From contig OZ231126.1 in the NCBI GenBank assembly GCA_965153355.1, forward strand, positions 372,001-436,000: 64,000 nt of DNA. The letters run 5' to 3'. This DNA is from Flaccisagitta enflata (lineage: Eukaryota). The notes below the pieces were generated by a model, which saw only the letters and a list, made by a program, of their open reading frames with translations, was not told the origin of the DNA and made no database searches. Shown here one piece after another: positions 61,201 through 64,000 of the stretch. The position numbers and the translations under genes were made by a program. Numbering within the stretch: position 1 is the stretch's first letter; every line of letters begins with the position of its first letter.

Positions 61201-63789
61201 ATCTTGTAGACTTTCGTTTGTCCATCTTGTAGACTTTCGTTTGTCCATCTGTCATTCCGTCTGTCCGTTTGTCTCCCCCAGGCTCTCTAAGGCCTAAAAT
61301 TTGCCATCTCAGGCCTGAAATCTACCCTCTTTGGCCTGAAATCTGCCCTCTCAGGCCTTGAATTTGCCCTCTCAGGTCTGAGATCTGCCTTTTGGGCAGC
61401 GGCCCCGAAGGGGACGAAGTCCTGTAGAACACAGAGGGACTTTCGTTCGTCCGTTCATTTGTTCATCTGCCCCCCCCCATCAGGCCCCTCAGGCCTCAAA
61501 TATGGCCTCTCAGGCCTCAAATTCTGCCTCTCAGGCCTCAAATCCAGCCTCTCAGGCCTCAAATCTTGCCTCTCAGGCCTCAAATCCAACCTCTCAGGCC
61601 TCAAACCTGACCTCTCAAGCCTCAAATAAGGCCTCTCAGACCTCAAATCCGAAATCTCAGGCCTCAAACCTGGCCTCTCAGGCCTCAAATTAGGCCTCTC
61701 AGGCATCAAATCAGCCATCTAAGCCTCAATTTATTGCTCTCAGGCTTCTAATCAGTCCTCTGATTTCAAGCCTTAATCCAGCTCTCCCAAGCCTCAAGTC
61801 AGCCCACTCAAGCTTCAAATTGGCATTCTCAGGCCTTATATCGGCCTTCTTAGACCTCAGTTTAGGCTCTTGAATGCCTTCAGTCAGCCCTCTATAGCAT
61901 CTCATCCACTTCTTCAGGTAGGACAAACGAAAGTCCCTCTGTGTTCTACAGGACTTCGTCCCCTTCGGGGCCGCTGCCCTGCTTCCCCTCACTCCAATCC
62001 ACAATCACTCAAAGCAGGGCAACGGGTATCGCTGACCACATATTGCCCTTGGGCGACCTGTTCAAGCCTGAAATCTGTCCTTTCAGGCTTTGTCCCTGCT
62101 CTCACAGATTCAAGGCCTGAGAGGGCAAATTTCAGGCTTAAGAGGGCAGATTTCAGGCCTAAGAAGGTGGATTTCAGGCCTGAGAGGGCCGGGGGGGGGG
62201 CGGATGGATGGACGGAATGAAGAATGGACAAACAAAAGTCCCCCTGTGTTCTACACGATTTCTCCCCCTTTGGGGCAGCTGCCCTGCTTTCTCTCACTCC
62301 AATTCTCAATCATGCAAAGCAGGGCAACGGGTATCGCTGACCGCATATTGCCCTTGGGCGACCTGTTGGGTTGTTGCTGCGTAAGGGCTGATGTCTTGTA
62401 GAACATAGGGGTGAATTTCTGTGCATCTGTACATTCTTCCATTCTTTCTTCTGTACTACTCCCAAAGGCCCCTAGAGCCTTCTCAGTAGCCCAACAATTA
62501 ATTACCCAAAGTCATGGGAAAGTTCTCTATCAAGGGGAAATAGCTCAAAATCATGTATAGAGATGGTTCATGGAAAAAATCTAGCCATAGGACCCCAATA
62601 AACTATGGCCGCCACCCACTCCATTCCCCATAATTAAGTAAAGGAAACTCTGGAGGCCAAATCTATTCCATTCATTTTCTATGGGATATGAGGGGGGTGG
62701 CGGCCATAGTTTATAGGGGTCCCATAGCTATATTGTTTTGTTGGACCATCATTATACATGATTTTGAGCTATATCCTTTTGATAGAGAACTTTCCTATGA
62801 CTTTGTGCAAATTCTTGTTATGCTACTTCTCAGGCCCTAACCTAGTTCTTACACACCTGAAATCAACCTTTCCAGGCCTGAATTTGGCACTGTAATCTAA
62901 GTAAGTTGTACTTGAAGTTGTGGGAGGGAGCGGGGCAGCAGCCCCAAAGTGGTCAATGACCTATGCTTTCACACATATGGGGTAATTTCACCTTCACCTC
63001 CTAGCAATTGGAATTTGGTCCGTGAGGTGGAAATTTGGGTATCTAGGTTGGGATTTTGGTATCTAGGCTGGGATTTTGGCCTCTAGGCTATGATTTGGAC
63101 CTCTAGGCTGAGATTTTGGACTCAAGACTGGGTGTTAAACCTCAAGGCTGGGTGTTAAACCTCAAGGCTGGGTGTTAAACCTCGAGGCTGGGATTTAGGC
63201 CTGGGGGATGGGATTTGGGCCTGGAGGCTGAGGTTTTGGCCTCTAGGCAGAGATTTGGGCCTAGAGACTAATTGTCAAGCCTCGAGACGAAAATGGGGTT
63301 GAGGTCTCGGAGATAGGATTTGGGTCTTGACTGGAATTTGGGTCTGGAAGATGGGATTTAGACCTTGAGGCTGAGCTTTGGGCCTGGAGGCTGGGATTTA
63401 GGCCTTGAGGCTAGTGGGGGGGGGGAGACGGACAGAGAAGGAGAAGGAGGAGAAGGAGAAGGAGAAAATTCCCCAAATGTGTGAGAGCATTTACTAGGTC
63501 ATCGACTCCTTCTTGGCCGCTGCACAAAAAATTGGATGCTACGTGACTGACCTAATATGTATCTTAGCATGATGCAAAACTGCGCCGAGCCTCCCAAAAC
63601 GATCCACGATGTCGTTAGTATGAAAAAAAGATCCACGTCCAGGTTTTCAATATATACATATATAACTGGTTTTAGATATTCTGGTTTTAGATATTCGTAA
63701 GCAAGTGCGAAATCAAAGGCGATGTCCACTATGACCAAAATCGCCGCCGCGCACAGCAAAAATACTTGGCTGAATCGTTTCAACTCCAT
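45159..63789 (-). CDS. XKR: XK-related (Xkr family, putative phospholipid scramblase) gene; 4 coding exons 63789-63552, 60730-60577, 49800-49695, 46283-45159; 540 aa
   Basis: Exon lengths 238+154+106+1125=1623 nt; all introns GT-AG with matching phases (1,2,0). N-terminal DxxxDxxLAxxY...FxLT pattern, ExxLESLPQLxxQ motif and QxxSIxTS helix are XK-family hallmarks. Symbol is family level only. Confidence 0.85.
48323..48904. mobile_element. Palindromic mariner-like MITE, left tip truncated
   Basis: TGTTCAATCTCAAAGTGGGAAAAGTAAAA arms of about 190 bp; right end CACCCTG followed by TA. Confidence 0.75.
49486..49669 (+). mobile_element. HINE family A just downstream of the Xkr exon 3 donor
   Basis: TTTTTAGTCGCGTGCACG start; CGCACGCGACT...GGCCTTGTT end. 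Confidence 0.8.
49695..49800 (-). CDS. XKR: Xkr gene exon 3 (IKYVATSLKMGEIALESLPQLVTQWCSVQIRTNLT)
   Basis: Acceptor ctcttcttttcag phase 2; donor ACA|gtgagt phase 0; carries the XK ESxPQL motif; absent from the ORF track. Confidence 0.9.
49992..50755 (+). mobile_element. Family B element, full length, with 20-bp minisatellite core
   Basis: 35-bp IRs, the 3' IR about 80 bp inside the end; tail GGGCAACGGGTACCGCTGACC; T-run at the 5' side. Confidence 0.85.
51441..53662 (+). mobile_element. HINE family A inflated by 10-bp AAGTCATTYT and 11-bp AAGTCTGGTTT arrays
   Basis: 5' TTTTAGTCCCGGGCACGCGACT; 3' CGCACGCGACTGATAGGTGTTGGCCTTGTT. Confidence 0.8.
53690..55900 (+). mobile_element. Degenerate LINE (RT C-terminus) split by nested DNA-transposon insertions
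   Basis: LRYVERYKYLGVTIIAG at about 53709-53759, resuming as KLYATCIPHLTYA...RCIFTYKRWESVR at about 55635-55779. Confidence 0.6.
54277..55399. mobile_element. Non-autonomous TIR element (Tc1/mariner-like)
   Basis: AACGGGTGGTCAAAAAAAAAGT and its reverse complement at the two ends. Confidence 0.65.
57523..57699. mobile_element. Tigger-like MITE in (TATAAC)n
   Basis: CAG..GAACCCCGCTCTAACGGA TIRs, TA on both sides. Confidence 0.85.
57736..59559. mobile_element. Non-autonomous hAT-like element containing nested HINEs
   Basis: Imperfect 15-bp TIR CA.A..TGTCACGAT, subterminal GGTCGAT/ATCGACC repeats, flanking ACTATAAC (inside a microsatellite, so a weak TSD). Confidence 0.6.
59128..59330 (-). mobile_element. 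HINE family A, intact copy
   Basis: All modules present: hairpin end, sub-TIR, GACG/GACC repeats, terminal palindrome; similar copy at 58580-58765. Confidence 0.85.
60577..60730 (-). CDS. XKR: Xkr gene exon 2 (VGHTHLAPLPMGLRIIALITAPFLMAPVVLYIFAAYIILRPIGDNIFEQVAK)
   Basis: Acceptor ccctacttcag|TT phase 1; donor GCAAA|gtaaga phase 2; hydrophobic open frame. Confidence 0.85.
60790..61062. repeat. Degenerate palindromic MITE-like element
   Basis: TATGTAATTCTACA..TACCTCCAT...TCATGACC.TCTGACA is mirrored at 60985-61055. Confidence 0.55.
61130..62367 (+). mobile_element. Family B element (21-bp core) with a younger family B copy nested at 61394-62062
   Basis: Two 5' IR starts and two near-identical 3' tails ending GGGCGACCTGTT; the inner IRs are perfect over about 45 bp. 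Confidence 0.85.
62507..62805. mobile_element. Palindromic MITE
   Basis: CAAAGTCAT.GGAAAGTTCTCTATCAA...AAACTATGGCCGCCACCC arms mirrored; TSD not clear. Confidence 0.7.
62933..63530 (-). mobile_element. Degenerate family B element about 20 bp downstream of the Xkr exon 1 donor
   Basis: IR-like ends and reverse-complement 20-bp units TTGAGGCTGGGATTTGGGCC. Confidence 0.7.
63552..63789 (-). CDS. XKR: Xkr gene exon 1 (MELKRFSQ...VDIAFDFALAYEY...MLRYIL)
   Basis: ATG at 63789, two hydrophobic helices, donor TTAG|gtcagt in phase 1. Confidence 0.85.
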
Positions 63790-64000
63790 AGATCTCTAAT
63801 CTCACTTATTGACGGGTAGGTAGGTAGGTAGGTAGGTAGGTAGGTTGGTGCGTAGGTAGGTAGGTAGGTAGGTAGGTAGGTAGGTAGGTAGGTAAGTAGG
63901 TAGGTAGGTAGGTAGGTAGGTAGGTAGGTAGGTCGTGTGAGATCAATTCTTTCATATGCGAAAATAAAAAGGTGGCATTGAGAGATGAAGAAAAAGACGT

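Overview
Repeat-rich, AT-rich animal (probably invertebrate) nuclear DNA, not prokaryotic. Nearly all ORFs in the supplied track are microsatellite or satellite artefacts; the real genes are spliced and were reconstructed by hand from splice sites and protein motifs. (1) Minus strand 63789-45159: a complete, phase-consistent 4-exon XK-related (Xkr-family) membrane protein gene (540 aa, ESLPQL motif, long acidic tail). (2) Minus strand 42152-19947: an 11-exon secreted DNase I-family gene with all catalytic residues, a large acidic/Gln-rich loop insertion, a GC-AG intron and several possible lesions. (3) Plus strand 4805-6779: two in-phase exons encoding a signal peptide followed by an ankyrin-like repeat, 3' end not found. 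The rest is satellites (36, 88, 29/58, 37, 8, 11 bp units), microsatellites, two Helentron/HINE-like families, hAT, Tc1/mariner, Harbinger and Merlin-like non-autonomous elements (often nested) and LINE remnants. The most unusual signal is that exon 3' ends together with their splice donors are tandemly amplified into the downstream intron: nine copies in the Xkr gene and smaller arrays at two DNase I exons. Some tracts look like noisy long-read consensus, so single-base lesions need read-level checking.
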